NCBI GenBank assembly: GCA_023267535.1
Contig: JAHFNC010000003.1
Coordinates: 380-64,379, forward strand
Length of the DNA stretch: 64,000 bases
Direction: 5' to 3'
Origin: a bacterium
GTDB taxonomy: Bacteria; Patescibacteriota; Minisyncoccia; Phycocordibacterales; UBA5272
Shown: piece after piece, positions 40,513-51,033 of the stretch
Layout of the letters: each line of letters opens with the position of its first letter
How positions within the stretch are numbered: the stretch's first letter is position 1
The notes under the pieces: generated by a model
Databases searched by the model: none
Told to the model about the DNA's origin: nothing
What the model saw: the letters and a program-made list of their open reading frames with translations, nothing else
Translations under genes and position numbers: made by a program

Positions 40513-40863
40513 TTAGAAGTTAAGACCAGCTACGCGTGCTGCGTCTGCTAGTGCTTGAACTCGACCACGGTACGAGAACCCGCCACGATCAAAGACAATC
40601 GTAGTAATATTTTTTGCTTTTGCTTCCTTAGCAACAGCTGTTCCGACAATTTTAGCTCTCTCAAGCTTTGAAACTTTATCAGCTAAACTGATGTCAGACG
40701 CTGACGCTAAAGTGATTCCTTTTACATCGTCAATTATTTGCGCGTAGATATATCTGTTTGATCGGAAGACTGCTAATCTAGGGCGAGCCTCGGAGCCAGA
40801 AATTCTAGCTCTGATTTTTCTGTGAAGTCTCGCGCGCTTTTGTGTTTTAATATCTGTTTTCAT
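40513..40863 (-). CDS. rplR: 50S ribosomal protein L18
   Basis: L18 family (116 aa) in the canonical position. Confidence 0.9.
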   Translation of the reverse strand: MKTDIKTQKRARLHRKIRARISGSEARPRLAVFRSNRYIYAQIIDDVKGITLASASDISLADKVSKLERAKIVGTAVAKEAKAKNITTIVFDRGGFSYRGRVQALADAARVAGLNF

Positions 40864-40886
40864 ATATTTTCAATTAATTTATAAAG

Positions 40887-41420
40887 CTATGCTGACTTCT
40901 TACCCTGCTTACGACGAATAACTTCATTGCTGTAACGAATACCTTTACCCTTATATGGTTCTGGCTTCTTCAAAGCACGAACTTTATTTGCAAATAATCC
41001 GACCATTTCTTTATCAATACCAGATATTGTTAGACTTCCTTTCTCAGCAGTAACTGTTAGTCCTTGTGGAATAGCAATTATTACTGGATGAGAAAATCCA
41101 AGCGCCAACTGAAGATCACTTCCCTTAACTTCCCACTTGAAACCAACTCCTTCAACGAGAAGTTTCTTTTCAAAAGGGGTTACGACACCACTAACCATGT
41201 TATTTATGTGAGACATATATGTCCCCCACAAAGAACGAGAGAACTTATCATTTCTTCTTGGTTCAGAAGTTATGACACCATCTTCTTGCTTAAATACGAT
41301 TTCTTCGCGAATAGGTCTTATCAATTCCCCTTTCGGTCCCTTTACGCGTATAGCATGGGCATCGAAGACTACTTCAACACCTGACGGAATATTTATTTGT
41401 TGTTTTCCAATTCTGCTCAT
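40887..41420 (-). CDS. rplF: 50S ribosomal protein L6
   Basis: L6 two-domain protein (177 aa). Confidence 0.9.
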   Translation of the reverse strand: MSRIGKQQINIPSGVEVVFDAHAIRVKGPKGELIRPIREEIVFKQEDGVITSEPRRNDKFSRSLWGTYMSHINNMVSGVVTPFEKKLLVEGVGFKWEVKGSDLQLALGFSHPVIIAIPQGLTVTAEKGSLTISGIDKEMVGLFANKVRALKKPEPYKGKGIRYSNEVIRRKQGKKSA

Positions 41421-41435
41421 ACGATTTTTTATTAA

Positions 41436-41822
41436 TTACCAAATTTCGAATAATACTTCACCTCCGACCATCTCCTTACGAGCTTGTTTTTCATTTAGAA
41501 TTCCTTTTGGTGTTGATAGAACACAAATACCATGACCATACTTAACAGGATAAATATCTTTTACTCCAAGATAAATTCTCTTTGATGGTTTAGAAACTCT
41601 CTTCACTCCAGAGATACGAGGTGTTGTTTTGTTTTTATAAAGAAGGATTGCTTCGGCTTTCGCTTTCACACCCTCGGTTACATTAAAAGTCTTAATGTAA
41701 CCCTCATTTTTTAATAGCTCAAGAATTGCTATCTTCATTTTTGATGAAGGAAAAGAAACGCTCTCTTTGTTTACAAAGTTAGCATTCTTAATAGCAATAA
41801 GCATATTTGCAATAGGATCCAT
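41436..41822 (-). CDS. rpsH: 30S ribosomal protein S8
   Basis: S8 family (128 aa). Confidence 0.9.
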   Translation of the reverse strand: MDPIANMLIAIKNANFVNKESVSFPSSKMKIAILELLKNEGYIKTFNVTEGVKAKAEAILLYKNKTTPRISGVKRVSKPSKRIYLGVKDIYPVKYGHGICVLSTPKGILNEKQARKEMVGGEVLFEIW

Positions 41823-41841
41823 AATTATTTAATGTTTATTA

Positions 41842-42027
41842 TTACCACGAAGCCTTTTTAATACCAGGAATCATACCTTCGTTAGCGAGCTCACGAAAGC
41901 ATGTTCTGCAAAGACCAAAATCGCGCATGAACCCGCGCTTTCGACCACATTTAAAGCAACGGTTAACTGTTCTTGTGCTAAACTTTGGCGTTTTTTTACT
42001 ACGGGCGATTACTGATGTTTTTGCCAT
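41842..42027 (-). CDS. rpsN: 30S ribosomal protein S14 type Z (zinc-binding, 61 aa)
   Basis: CxxC…CxxC zinc-ribbon S14 (CFKCGRK…CRTCFRE). Confidence 0.9.
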   Translation of the reverse strand: MAKTSVIARSKKTPKFSTRTVNRCFKCGRKRGFMRDFGLCRTCFRELANEGMIPGIKKASW

Positions 42028-42227
42028 TGTCTAATTTATTTAATTGATAAATCTACCTTCAATATCTCGTTTATTTTCTTAAAAATGTTGAATTCTTAAG
42101 GAGACAAGCGGATTAAAAGATAGTTTTTAAATACTAACACGAAATGGAGATAGTTTCAAGTAAGAGCAAGTAAGTAAAAGGGCGGATAAGCTTCGCTTAT
42201 CCGCCCTTTCTATTTATATCCAACCCC

Positions 42228-45200
42228 CTACCCTTCAAACAAATTAGAAATATTTATCTTTATTGTCTTTGTTCTAAAGTCAGGGGCTCCCGTACAATAG
42301 AGTTTAAATATCGCTCCATGATTTAATATGAATGATTTTTTACCCAAAGCGTGAGTCTGACCATTTGGCGGAGTAACTAGTGCGGTTGTAATCTTTCTTG
42401 AACCGTATTGATCATTGGTGTCAGTGTTCATGTTAGCTATTCCAAAATTAATTGCATTTATTTCAGCAATTTGATCAGCGGTTGGAGATGAAGACGGAGA
42501 AGAGGCTATCATAGTACAACCAGCTATTGGATCTTGTATATCCCAAGAAACAGTTACGCTGTCTCCAGACTGAATACTTGTTGGTGAAGCAATTAAATTT
42601 ATGAGAGATGCACAATTATTTTCAACCCAAACTTGAGTGTTATCCCAACAAGTTTTTCTTGGATGAATATATGTTGCTTGACAACTGGTACTATTTCCAC
42701 CATTTAGTCCACCGCAAGACCATGTCCATCCATTTGATGCTCCATCTGTTGGATTGTTCAATGTTACATAGGACGGTGTGGTTCCTTTATCACACTGTGA
42801 GGTTATGTCGGTTGCGTACGTATAAGAACCTCCGGAGGAACTACCACAAGCCCCGTCTTGTTCTGAAATTACAGTTATAAGAGTGCTGTCTGTCCAACGA
42901 CAAGTACCGTTTTGATTGTGATCATTATCGCAAGCAGAGAATTTAACTCTATATGTTCCTAATTGTGTCGGAATAAAACTTGCGTTCATATTTTTATTTC
43001 CTGTAAAAGTAAAGTTTGCATTATTTGTATAATTATATGTCCACGAACCATCTGGATTTTGAACATCAAAATGAAGTTCAGTCATATCGGCGTTACTGTC
43101 TGATGCCGTAGATGAGAAGCTTATTGATTGACCGATTTGATGTGATACTTGGTTTGTATTTGGCACAATACTAACAGTTGGCACTAAATCAAAATATGTC
43201 GCCGAACAAGATACAGGCGCTCCTTGTCCAAGGCATTGCCATGACCATGGACCAAATGTTGGACCACCAGGTGGATTTGAACTTGGTGTCGTGTATTGAG
43301 AGCAGAGATTTACTTGAGGAGCAGATGGGAATGAACCTCCGCCAGATAATCCACAAGCAATATTTTGAGTAGCATTACACATACTTGAATTTACAGCTCC
43401 AATAGAACAATACCAACTCCACGCTCCAGTCGCAGATGGTGTTGAATATGCATTACAAAGATTTGTGGTTGGTGGTTGATCATAACTTGTTCCATTTGCT
43501 GACCCACAACCTGGAGCTCTACACGCTACCCCATCCCACACTGAGCCAGCTGTACACGACGCAGAAACAGATGTCGACATATGAACGAAAGATCCGTTTT
43601 TAATTGTGAAGGAATCCCCTCCGTACTTAACCGTGACGGGTTGGTTGGTTCCGTTGGCGGAAGTATAGAGACTAGCGCCTGCACCATTTACAATGTTTGG
43701 TGACGAGAAATGAACTGAAGACCAGTCAAGATAAACAGTACAAGAACTAGCATTAACAGATATCAAGCAAGAACCCTGTCTTGCAGAAATATTTCCTGAA
43801 GCCACGTAAACTGGCGTACTAGCAGATGTTCCTGAGCAAGTAATAGTGTATGTTGTATCTGATAACGGTGTCACGGATACTGAGCTAGCTATGTTTGCAG
43901 TGACAGCACCGACTCCGTTTATGCTACAAGATGAAGTTTGTGATGATGAATATGAAAGTAGAGATGATTGACTGTAGTTTATGGTAGAAGGATTGGCCGA
44001 TATTGAAGACGCAGAATTAGCTGCAAAAGATGCGGTGATTGTATGTCCCCACATTACGTTACCACTATCACTAAATGTTGGAAATGTGTAGTTTGATATA
44101 GCTCCTTGCTCTACATAATCAACCTGCACAGATGTAGTGTGGTATCCGCCACTTGGTGAAATACTAAATGCTTGAGTTGCCGAACTATCAACAAGTCTGT
44201 TTCCTAATGGAGAAATTGAACCACCTCCGCCTGCTGAAGAAGTTAAATGATAAGAACCATAAAACTTATTACCGTTCCATTTACAGAAAATCCAAGAATT
44301 CGGATTACTATTTTGATTAAGCGTACAACTCGCTGTTGCGTCAGCTAAAGATACGGTTGAAGTCATTGACCCCCCTCCTTCAATATACATAGTATATGTC
44401 CCAAGTGCTGGCGCTTGGAAAATAGTATTTCCGTTCCATGTACACATAATTGAATGGGTTGGATTATTGTTGTAATTTAATTGGCAGTTTGCTAATGCTT
44501 CTGGCAGAGTATAATGATTACCGGCAAGGTCAATATTAGAAGAAATAAAAGGTGATCCGCTTCCATCAAAATATCCTCTGTAATCTCCGAGCGCTGGAGC
44601 TGAATAAATCTGAGTTCCGTTCCATGTACACATAATAGCGTGAGTTGGATTATTGTTGCGGTTAAGTTGGCAGTTTGATAATGCGGCCGCTTGAGTAATA
44701 TTAGGTGTCTGTATAAACCATGAACCATCAAAATACCCTATATATGTCCCCAGTGGGTCAGAACAAACTCCACCACTCACTACTTGTCCAGAAGGACAGA
44801 CGGTTACTGTTACATATTGCCAACCACTACTAAGATTTGCTGTTGAATTACTACATCCGAAGGCATATTGTGTACTAGAGATTAGGCTTGGTGTAGTGTA
44901 AGTGAACGTAGTATTTATTGGTTCGTTTGCATTTATTCCAGACAAGTTACAGCTGGTGGCACCTGATGAGGTCATAGTGAGTACAGCTGTTGAATTATAT
45001 GTAATGGGGTTCGGCGAAGCAGATATGGTTGCTTTAATACAGGTTGGGAAATTCCCCGCCCCACTTGCCCCATTTGAACAAGTAGCATTAGTTGAGCAAC
45101 TAGCTGTTGACCCTCCATTTGTTCCAGGACAACTCCAAGTGTAACCATATGTTGGACCATTACCTGTGGGACCAGCAAGATTGGTGAAAGTAGACACACT

Positions 45201-47387
45201 CTGTGTGTCAGCCACACAGAGACCTTGAAGTTTTGGACTTGACCAACTTGCATAATTATTTTGATCTCTAGTGACATTGTCCCAAGTTGAATTGGCACAT
45301 AGTCCGTTCACGGGAGGACTGGTAACCGTAATAGTTTGTGTATTGGATTGAGTTCCAAACCATTTGACACCTTCTTGAACCATTTTCCAGTTAAATGAAT
45401 ATGTCCCAGGAGAATTAGGAGCCCTCATTTGTGTTTGTGCTCCTGAAAGAGTGAGAGATTGGCCTGGGCCGACACTACTTGGTAAATAAACTCTATTTAT
45501 TCCAAAATAAGTAAGATCATCTTGAGGAGTCCAGATACCGACTTTATATCCAGCCCCTGGGGACCAAGTTGTCACACCTGTATTATTTATGGTAATTGTC
45601 GGGGAAAATACCTGACCAACAGTAAGCGATGAAGGGAATGAAATAGTTACATTTCCATCGTCTGACACAACAGTATAAGGAATATAGAGCCATTGAGTAG
45701 CGACATTAGATCCAAGACCAATATGAGCTTGAAAAGCTATGGAATATGACCCAGGAGAATTTGGCGCTGTAAAATTAACGTTCGGTCCAGTCCACAATCG
45801 ACTTGGGTCTGGGTCGTAAAATCCACACGGAGTCCAACCGGCCCACTCTGGAGACAAAAGACAGGTATCTCCGCTACCATTAACATTACCTGTAACAACT
45901 AAGTTACCACCAGTACCAGTATAATTTTGAATATTGCCAGCTACTGTTACTGTCTCCCCTGGAGCATAAACAAATGGCGACGCTTTATTTACCACCCAAA
46001 CATTAGCATAAACGGGACCAGGTAAATAAAAGGTGTCGGCTTTAACTTTATTTGTACTTAAACTAAATAAAACAAAGAGAATAATTATTGATATAAAAGG
46101 AAATTTCTTTTTATATTTCAAATGAAGGAGGACTATTGATCCTACAAAAATAAAAGTGATGATGGCATACCAGTACCAAAAAATACCCGTAGTCTTTTTC
46201 GGGGAAAGATTAGAAGAGGATGTTATTGTAAAATCTCTAGAGTCCAAAACACCGTATTTAGAATCTAAAAATTTAACATTTATTTGCGGGTTAACACAAT
46301 CATTAGTGACAGTAAAAGGTATTTGTTCAAAATAGTTAACGGAGTCTAACGTTTTCGTAAATTGAGAAACACAACTATTTCCATTCTTATCCTTAATTGT
46401 TATTGAGACAGAAGCGTTGTTAAGTTTTGTTCCACTTGCCTTTCGTAGATTAGAAAATAAATCAATTGATGGTAGCCATAAAATAGAAAGTTTTGCTTTG
46501 TCTCCTGCACCATATACATCTTTATCTAAAGTAACATTCTGTATGGTTGCACTGGCCCCACGCAATACATAATTAAAATTAACAGTGTTCGTATTTTTCA
46601 AATCTCCAGTATTTTTAAAAATTAAAGACACCGTATAAGCTTGTGGGTTGGTTGCTTTTGGTAAATCTATATCTACTACCCTCTTTTCTTTGGAGGACAA
46701 AACTATTTGCGATTCACTGCTTTGATTTGTATTAATTGTATTACCGTAAACTCCATGCGCTTTTGTAATAAACTCTGGGATTAAAGTTATGTTATTTGAT
46801 GTTTTATTTTCAATCGTACAGTGAGCAACCAAACTTTCGGTGGACGCAATGTCTACACCTCGACTGGTGACATAGTGTGGTTGGTCTTTTTCATCTTTAA
46901 CAGTTAAATAACAACTAGTCGGATCAACATATGCAAAATATTCTACTTTTGATTTTAAATTTAATTTACCTATAACCCCTCTACCAAAAGAAAACCCATT
47001 ACTATTTCCAGCCGAAAGCCACAAGTTATATGTGCCAGATAATTCGGAAGGGGCTGTATAAGTTATTGTTTTATGAAGAGACGCATTTTCTCCTAAGTTT
47101 ATAGATTCTCCATAAACCTGTTCATCAACTATTGTGGATGTACCTTTTTTATCCTGAGTTAAGATCACTCCGTATTTTACATCTGGTTGAATACCGACTC
47201 GATTAGAAATATCAAAAGATATTTTTACAATGTTATCCTGCTGTGTAAAAGTGGCGTTGGCTACATTAACTGTAGCTACAACTATTGCATTACTAGCTGG
47301 AGTACTTGTTCCTTGAGCGAAAGCAAAAGAAGGGAAAAGTAAAAACCACACAGAAGAGATCAGAAGCCTTTTGAAAAATAAAAACAT
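42228..47387 (-). CDS. giant surface protein (1719 aa) with an internal membrane hairpin, tandem 55-aa repeats and a C-terminal module shared with the adjacent 948-aa protein
   Basis: Signal peptide and a ~390-aa domain, then …SPKKTTG-IFWYWYAIITFIFVGSIVLL-HLKYKKK-FPFISIIILFVLFSLS-TNKVKA…, followed by ~1270 aa with the W..PG.Y.F.W.M.QE.V.WFG domain, three GYFDGS…NCQLN.NNNPTH.IMCTWNG repeats, and C-terminal …KKSFILNHGAIFKLYC…IKINISNLFEG. Confidence 0.6.
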   Translation of the reverse strand: MFLFFKRLLISSVWFLLFPSFAFAQGTSTPASNAIVVATVNVANATFTQQDNIVKISFDISNRVGIQPDVKYGVILTQDKKGTSTIVDEQVYGESINLGENASLHKTITYTAPSELSGTYNLWLSAGNSNGFSFGRGVIGKLNLKSKVEYFAYVDPTSCYLTVKDEKDQPHYVTSRGVDIASTESLVAHCTIENKTSNNITLIPEFITKAHGVYGNTINTNQSSESQIVLSSKEKRVVDIDLPKATNPQAYTVSLIFKNTGDLKNTNTVNFNYVLRGASATIQNVTLDKDVYGAGDKAKLSILWLPSIDLFSNLRKASGTKLNNASVSITIKDKNGNSCVSQFTKTLDSVNYFEQIPFTVTNDCVNPQINVKFLDSKYGVLDSRDFTITSSSNLSPKKTTGIFWYWYAIITFIFVGSIVLLHLKYKKKFPFISIIILFVLFSLSTNKVKADTFYLPGPVYANVWVVNKASPFVYAPGETVTVAGNIQNYTGTGGNLVVTGNVNGSGDTCLLSPEWAGWTPCGFYDPDPSRLWTGPNVNFTAPNSPGSYSIAFQAHIGLGSNVATQWLYIPYTVVSDDGNVTISFPSSLTVGQVFSPTITINNTGVTTWSPGAGYKVGIWTPQDDLTYFGINRVYLPSSVGPGQSLTLSGAQTQMRAPNSPGTYSFNWKMVQEGVKWFGTQSNTQTITVTSPPVNGLCANSTWDNVTRDQNNYASWSSPKLQGLCVADTQSVSTFTNLAGPTGNGPTYGYTWSCPGTNGGSTASCSTNATCSNGASGAGNFPTCIKATISASPNPITYNSTAVLTMTSSGATSCNLSGINANEPINTTFTYTTPSLISSTQYAFGCSNSTANLSSGWQYVTVTVCPSGQVVSGGVCSDPLGTYIGYFDGSWFIQTPNITQAAALSNCQLNRNNNPTHAIMCTWNGTQIYSAPALGDYRGYFDGSGSPFISSNIDLAGNHYTLPEALANCQLNYNNNPTHSIMCTWNGNTIFQAPALGTYTMYIEGGGSMTSTVSLADATASCTLNQNSNPNSWIFCKWNGNKFYGSYHLTSSAGGGGSISPLGNRLVDSSATQAFSISPSGGYHTTSVQVDYVEQGAISNYTFPTFSDSGNVMWGHTITASFAANSASSISANPSTINYSQSSLLSYSSSQTSSCSINGVGAVTANIASSVSVTPLSDTTYTITCSGTSASTPVYVASGNISARQGSCLISVNASSCTVYLDWSSVHFSSPNIVNGAGASLYTSANGTNQPVTVKYGGDSFTIKNGSFVHMSTSVSASCTAGSVWDGVACRAPGCGSANGTSYDQPPTTNLCNAYSTPSATGAWSWYCSIGAVNSSMCNATQNIACGLSGGGSFPSAPQVNLCSQYTTPSSNPPGGPTFGPWSWQCLGQGAPVSCSATYFDLVPTVSIVPNTNQVSHQIGQSISFSSTASDSNADMTELHFDVQNPDGSWTYNYTNNANFTFTGNKNMNASFIPTQLGTYRVKFSACDNDHNQNGTCRWTDSTLITVISEQDGACGSSSGGSYTYATDITSQCDKGTTPSYVTLNNPTDGASNGWTWSCGGLNGGNSTSCQATYIHPRKTCWDNTQVWVENNCASLINLIASPTSIQSGDSVTVSWDIQDPIAGCTMIASSPSSSPTADQIAEINAINFGIANMNTDTNDQYGSRKITTALVTPPNGQTHALGKKSFILNHGAIFKLYCTGAPDFRTKTIKINISNLFEG

Positions 47388-47460
47388 ATTACTTAAGTAA
47401 CAGTATATCTTACAACACCACTATTGCGGAATATTTATACACAAAACTAAACCCCCGCAC

Positions 47461-50307
47461 CTACCCCTCAAACACATTAGCAATATTTATTCTAATCTTT
47501 CTTCCTTGAGAAGAGTTACTACAATGTAAGTCAAATACAGTTGAGTGATTTAAATTAAATGATTTCTTACCTGTTGCTGTCCCACCTGATGGTGTAGTGA
47601 TTGCTTTATTTATCCCAACAGTGGTGCTGTTGTCTATGGTTTCTGTATTAATTTTTTGATTTATTTGAGCTATCTCAGCTATTTGAGCAGATGTTGGATT
47701 AGGGAAAGGAGACGATGCCGATAGTCCACAAGTATTATTTGTTCCTTCTATTATCCAAGAAAGTGTTGTGCTTTGGCCTTGGTCTATGGTTTGCGGTGTA
47801 GCGGTTAGACTAGTTATATGAGGGGGACAAGATTGTGTAACCCTAACACTTGATTGGTCCCAACAAGTTTTAAACTCTGGAGGGCAGCTACTAGTTACAG
47901 GTATTTCGTCACCATTCCAACAGGTTTGAGTATCAATAGTACAACTGCCACCATTTGGATGATTGAAACTTGGACAAGAACAAGACGGATAAAAAGCTAT
48001 ATCTAATCCATTTGGACAAGATGGTATAACATGTGGAATTACTACAGGAGTATTATCTACAGGAACTGGACAAGATTGAGATAAAGGAATAACGCTTCCA
48101 TCAGAGCAGGTCTGAGTTGTTAGAGGAATTATACAAATTGGCTGTGATCCAGAATATCCAGAAGGACAAGGACATCCAGAGGTAGATGGAGCAATTGTAC
48201 ATATAGCAAGGTTGATAATACTGACGCATTTACCCGAGATTGCATTCCAGATAGAGCCAAAGGTACATGTTGGAGTAATTGTTACTTGGTCTAATAGAAC
48301 TGCATTGTTATATAAATAGTAAGTAGTGTTTGAATAAGTTCCAGATACTGAAGCGCTTTGTGGTCCACTATTATTTCCAGTAAATACAGTTCCAGATGGA
48401 TTATTTCTTGTTATGGCAGACGTTCCTACTGGATTAGTTGTACTCCAACTTAAATTAACATTACAAGATGATTGGTCGGTATCTATAGTACAAGACTGTG
48501 AAGAAGAAGTGATTGTGCCAGAGAGAGGGTTAGTTGCTGGTGTCACTGGATTAACATTCGGGTTTGTACATACCCCATTAACCACCGTTTGATCTTGAGC
48601 ACAAACATTTACTGTTAGATATTGCCAACCAGTACTGGTACTATTATTTGTATTACTACACCCAAAAGCATATTGCTGACTTGAAGTTAGGTTACCGGTG
48701 GATTTAGTTACTTTCTGATTCGGAGTTATGTTTGGGTCTATGCCAGAAAGATTACAGCTTGTTGCTCCTAATGAGTCTAGCGTGAGGGTGGCGGACGAAC
48801 CATTTTCAATTGGAGTTTTGTCCACTGTAATCGTAGCAGAAATAGAAGTCGGAACGCAACTAGACCCACTTGGGACTTTGCCAAGTGAACAAGTACAAGA
48901 TGGATAAGTAGCTATATCTAATCCGTTAGCACAACCACAACTCATATTACTAGGTCCGACCCAACTGTTGCCAATCTGGCATTTGAAAGATACTGAGCCA
49001 GTATAGTTCGGAGCAAGAGTTTGGTCGTTTGTAGTAGTTTGTGTTTGACCAACTGGTATGTTAGATAAATTAACTGAAGCTTTGCAAGGACCTGCTGAAG
49101 AATTTCCTGTAAAGGTTGAACTTGTCCACGAATTAGTCCCATTAGCCGAGCAGGTGCCAGGGTTCCCCTGCACACTAACACTATCCAAAACATTTCCACC
49201 ACTATCTTTGAGAGTAAAGATAGTTGGTGTTTGAGAAATCCAAGGAGCAGTTTGAGGACCTTTTACAGCGTTAGCAAATAGAGCATTGTTAGGTGATATG
49301 GTTACCGTAGCACTTGGCGTATCAGAAGTATCCCAACTTATTACTGAAGAACAGTTAACTTGAGAACCTGTCATATTACAAGGATTTGGGGATGCTGAAA
49401 TGTGTCCAGTTGGCTTAGCGACAACTACTGGAGTTACAGTAATACTTTGCGCACATGTATCACCAAACCACTCAACATTCTCTTGTAGCATTCTCCAAGA
49501 GAATGAATAAGTTCCTGGTGTAGACGGAGCCGTGAGAGAAGGAGCAAATATAGCCGAGGAGCCTGGTGAAACTGAATTAGTTAACGACCAAGGAACCCTA
49601 CCTAATCCCCAAGTATTATTATTTTCTGGATTCTGACTACCAAGTGAATACGCACCCTGTGTCCAATCTGTAGTTCCATCATTAGTCATAACAATTGAAG
49701 GCTGAAAAGTCTGTCCAGCTACAATAGAAAATGGTGCTGAGATACTATGACAAGAAGCAATATTTACTTTAGCCATTTCTACACAAGTGATAGTTCCCCA
49801 AACTACAGAAGCGTTATCTTGCCCAGCCCTTGGGTAATACATCTCTTGCATAAAAGTTCCGGCAGGGCAGGTTATAAGAACATCATTCCAAGTGTAATAA
49901 TTCTGAACAGCGGTTGCAGAAACAGGGTTGGCAGTTTTAGCACCGTAACAAGTAGCGCTGTTATTCTGAGCTCCTTGATTATCCCACCAAGCTCTTGGGA
50001 AATATACCCCCGACATAATTCCCGAAGGACAATTATATCCGTACGAAGCTCCTTCCGAATTACCAGCACTTACCCCAGTAACAGTAGCCGGAGCACAAGT
50101 CCCTGACACATCCATTGTGTCTTGGTTATCTAACCCTCCACGAGGAAAATATATGCTTGTCATAAAAGTTCCAGCCGGACAATCAAAACTAGGACCCGAG
50201 GCCTTCACTTTTACTCCCCCACTAAAAAAACTAATCAAAACAAAGAATATTAACAGAAGTGATTTTGATATATTTAGCAGAGAAAAAATTTTATTTTTAG
50301 AAATCAT
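47461..50307 (-). CDS. giant secreted protein (948 aa) with three N-terminal Cys-bounded ~40-aa repeats and a paralogous C-terminal module (…IRINIANVFEG)
   Basis: CPAGTFM…YFPRGGLDNQ…C repeated three times. The middle and C-terminal domains align to the 1719-aa protein (ATSCNLSGI…QYAFGCSN…GWQY.TV.VC; NSPGTYSFSWRMLQENVEWFG). Confidence 0.6.
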   Translation of the reverse strand: MISKNKIFSLLNISKSLLLIFFVLISFFSGGVKVKASGPSFDCPAGTFMTSIYFPRGGLDNQDTMDVSGTCAPATVTGVSAGNSEGASYGYNCPSGIMSGVYFPRAWWDNQGAQNNSATCYGAKTANPVSATAVQNYYTWNDVLITCPAGTFMQEMYYPRAGQDNASVVWGTITCVEMAKVNIASCHSISAPFSIVAGQTFQPSIVMTNDGTTDWTQGAYSLGSQNPENNNTWGLGRVPWSLTNSVSPGSSAIFAPSLTAPSTPGTYSFSWRMLQENVEWFGDTCAQSITVTPVVVAKPTGHISASPNPCNMTGSQVNCSSVISWDTSDTPSATVTISPNNALFANAVKGPQTAPWISQTPTIFTLKDSGGNVLDSVSVQGNPGTCSANGTNSWTSSTFTGNSSAGPCKASVNLSNIPVGQTQTTTNDQTLAPNYTGSVSFKCQIGNSWVGPSNMSCGCANGLDIATYPSCTCSLGKVPSGSSCVPTSISATITVDKTPIENGSSATLTLDSLGATSCNLSGIDPNITPNQKVTKSTGNLTSSQQYAFGCSNTNNSTSTGWQYLTVNVCAQDQTVVNGVCTNPNVNPVTPATNPLSGTITSSSQSCTIDTDQSSCNVNLSWSTTNPVGTSAITRNNPSGTVFTGNNSGPQSASVSGTYSNTTYYLYNNAVLLDQVTITPTCTFGSIWNAISGKCVSIINLAICTIAPSTSGCPCPSGYSGSQPICIIPLTTQTCSDGSVIPLSQSCPVPVDNTPVVIPHVIPSCPNGLDIAFYPSCSCPSFNHPNGGSCTIDTQTCWNGDEIPVTSSCPPEFKTCWDQSSVRVTQSCPPHITSLTATPQTIDQGQSTTLSWIIEGTNNTCGLSASSPFPNPTSAQIAEIAQINQKINTETIDNSTTVGINKAITTPSGGTATGKKSFNLNHSTVFDLHCSNSSQGRKIRINIANVFEG

Positions 50308-50319
50308 AACAAATTAATA

Positions 50320-50901
50320 TTATTTAGCAGGATTTCCTGATTGAATTTGAATTTCTTGTGCGGTAAATTCCTTAGCGGTTTTTATGTTGTTTGAAGATGT
50401 TACAGTAAAAGAATCGCCTGTATGTATATCACTAACATTAATAACACTTTCTGTTACCATATTTGGAGCTGGTGCCGACTTATTATTTTTATCTTTTGCA
50501 AATTTTAGCATTTCATCTTGATAAGCTTTTAAATCCATAAGTGTAGTCTTTATTATTTTAGTATTAGGAGTAACAGTTACAATGCGATTATTGTTTATAG
50601 GATTATCAAAAGGATCTACCGATCTGGTCTTTACAGATAAACTATTACCGTTAACAGCTACAACAGTACCTGACAAAGAGCGGATATCGTCCGGAACACG
50701 AAACATAGAACCGAAGCTACTTTGTTGCGCTAGATTTCTAGCACTATTGAAGCCGGTCTTAAAATTGCTTAGAGGCGAAGGTAAATATGGGTCAACAAAA
50801 ATACCTGAGACTATACCCAATACGAATATAATAATCATCAACGATACATGTTTGACTGGGTGAAAACGAGGACCGATATCTTTTATATTTTTTATTTCCA
50901 T
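50320..50901 (-). CDS. membrane-anchored hypothetical protein (193 aa)
   Basis: N-terminal TM segment followed by an extracytoplasmic beta-rich domain. Confidence 0.45.
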   Translation of the reverse strand: MEIKNIKDIGPRFHPVKHVSLMIIIFVLGIVSGIFVDPYLPSPLSNFKTGFNSARNLAQQSSFGSMFRVPDDIRSLSGTVVAVNGNSLSVKTRSVDPFDNPINNNRIVTVTPNTKIIKTTLMDLKAYQDEMLKFAKDKNNKSAPAPNMVTESVINVSDIHTGDSFTVTSSNNIKTAKEFTAQEIQIQSGNPAK

Positions 50902-50984
50902 ATTTTTATGTTATTCACTAATAATTGTAGCTGTGTACAGTGTAACAAATATAGAAAATCTTTTATCCACTTGTGTGGACAACA

Positions 50985-51018
50985 AAAACGCGACGCCGTA
51001 GGCGTCGCGTTTTTGTTT
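50985..51018. terminator. GCGACGCC-GTA-GGCGTCGC family terminator (downstream of the 493-aa gene)
   Basis: acaaaaacgcgacgcc-gta-ggcgtcgcgtttttgt. Confidence 0.7.
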
Positions 51019-51033
51019 TATTCTAAAAAATAT

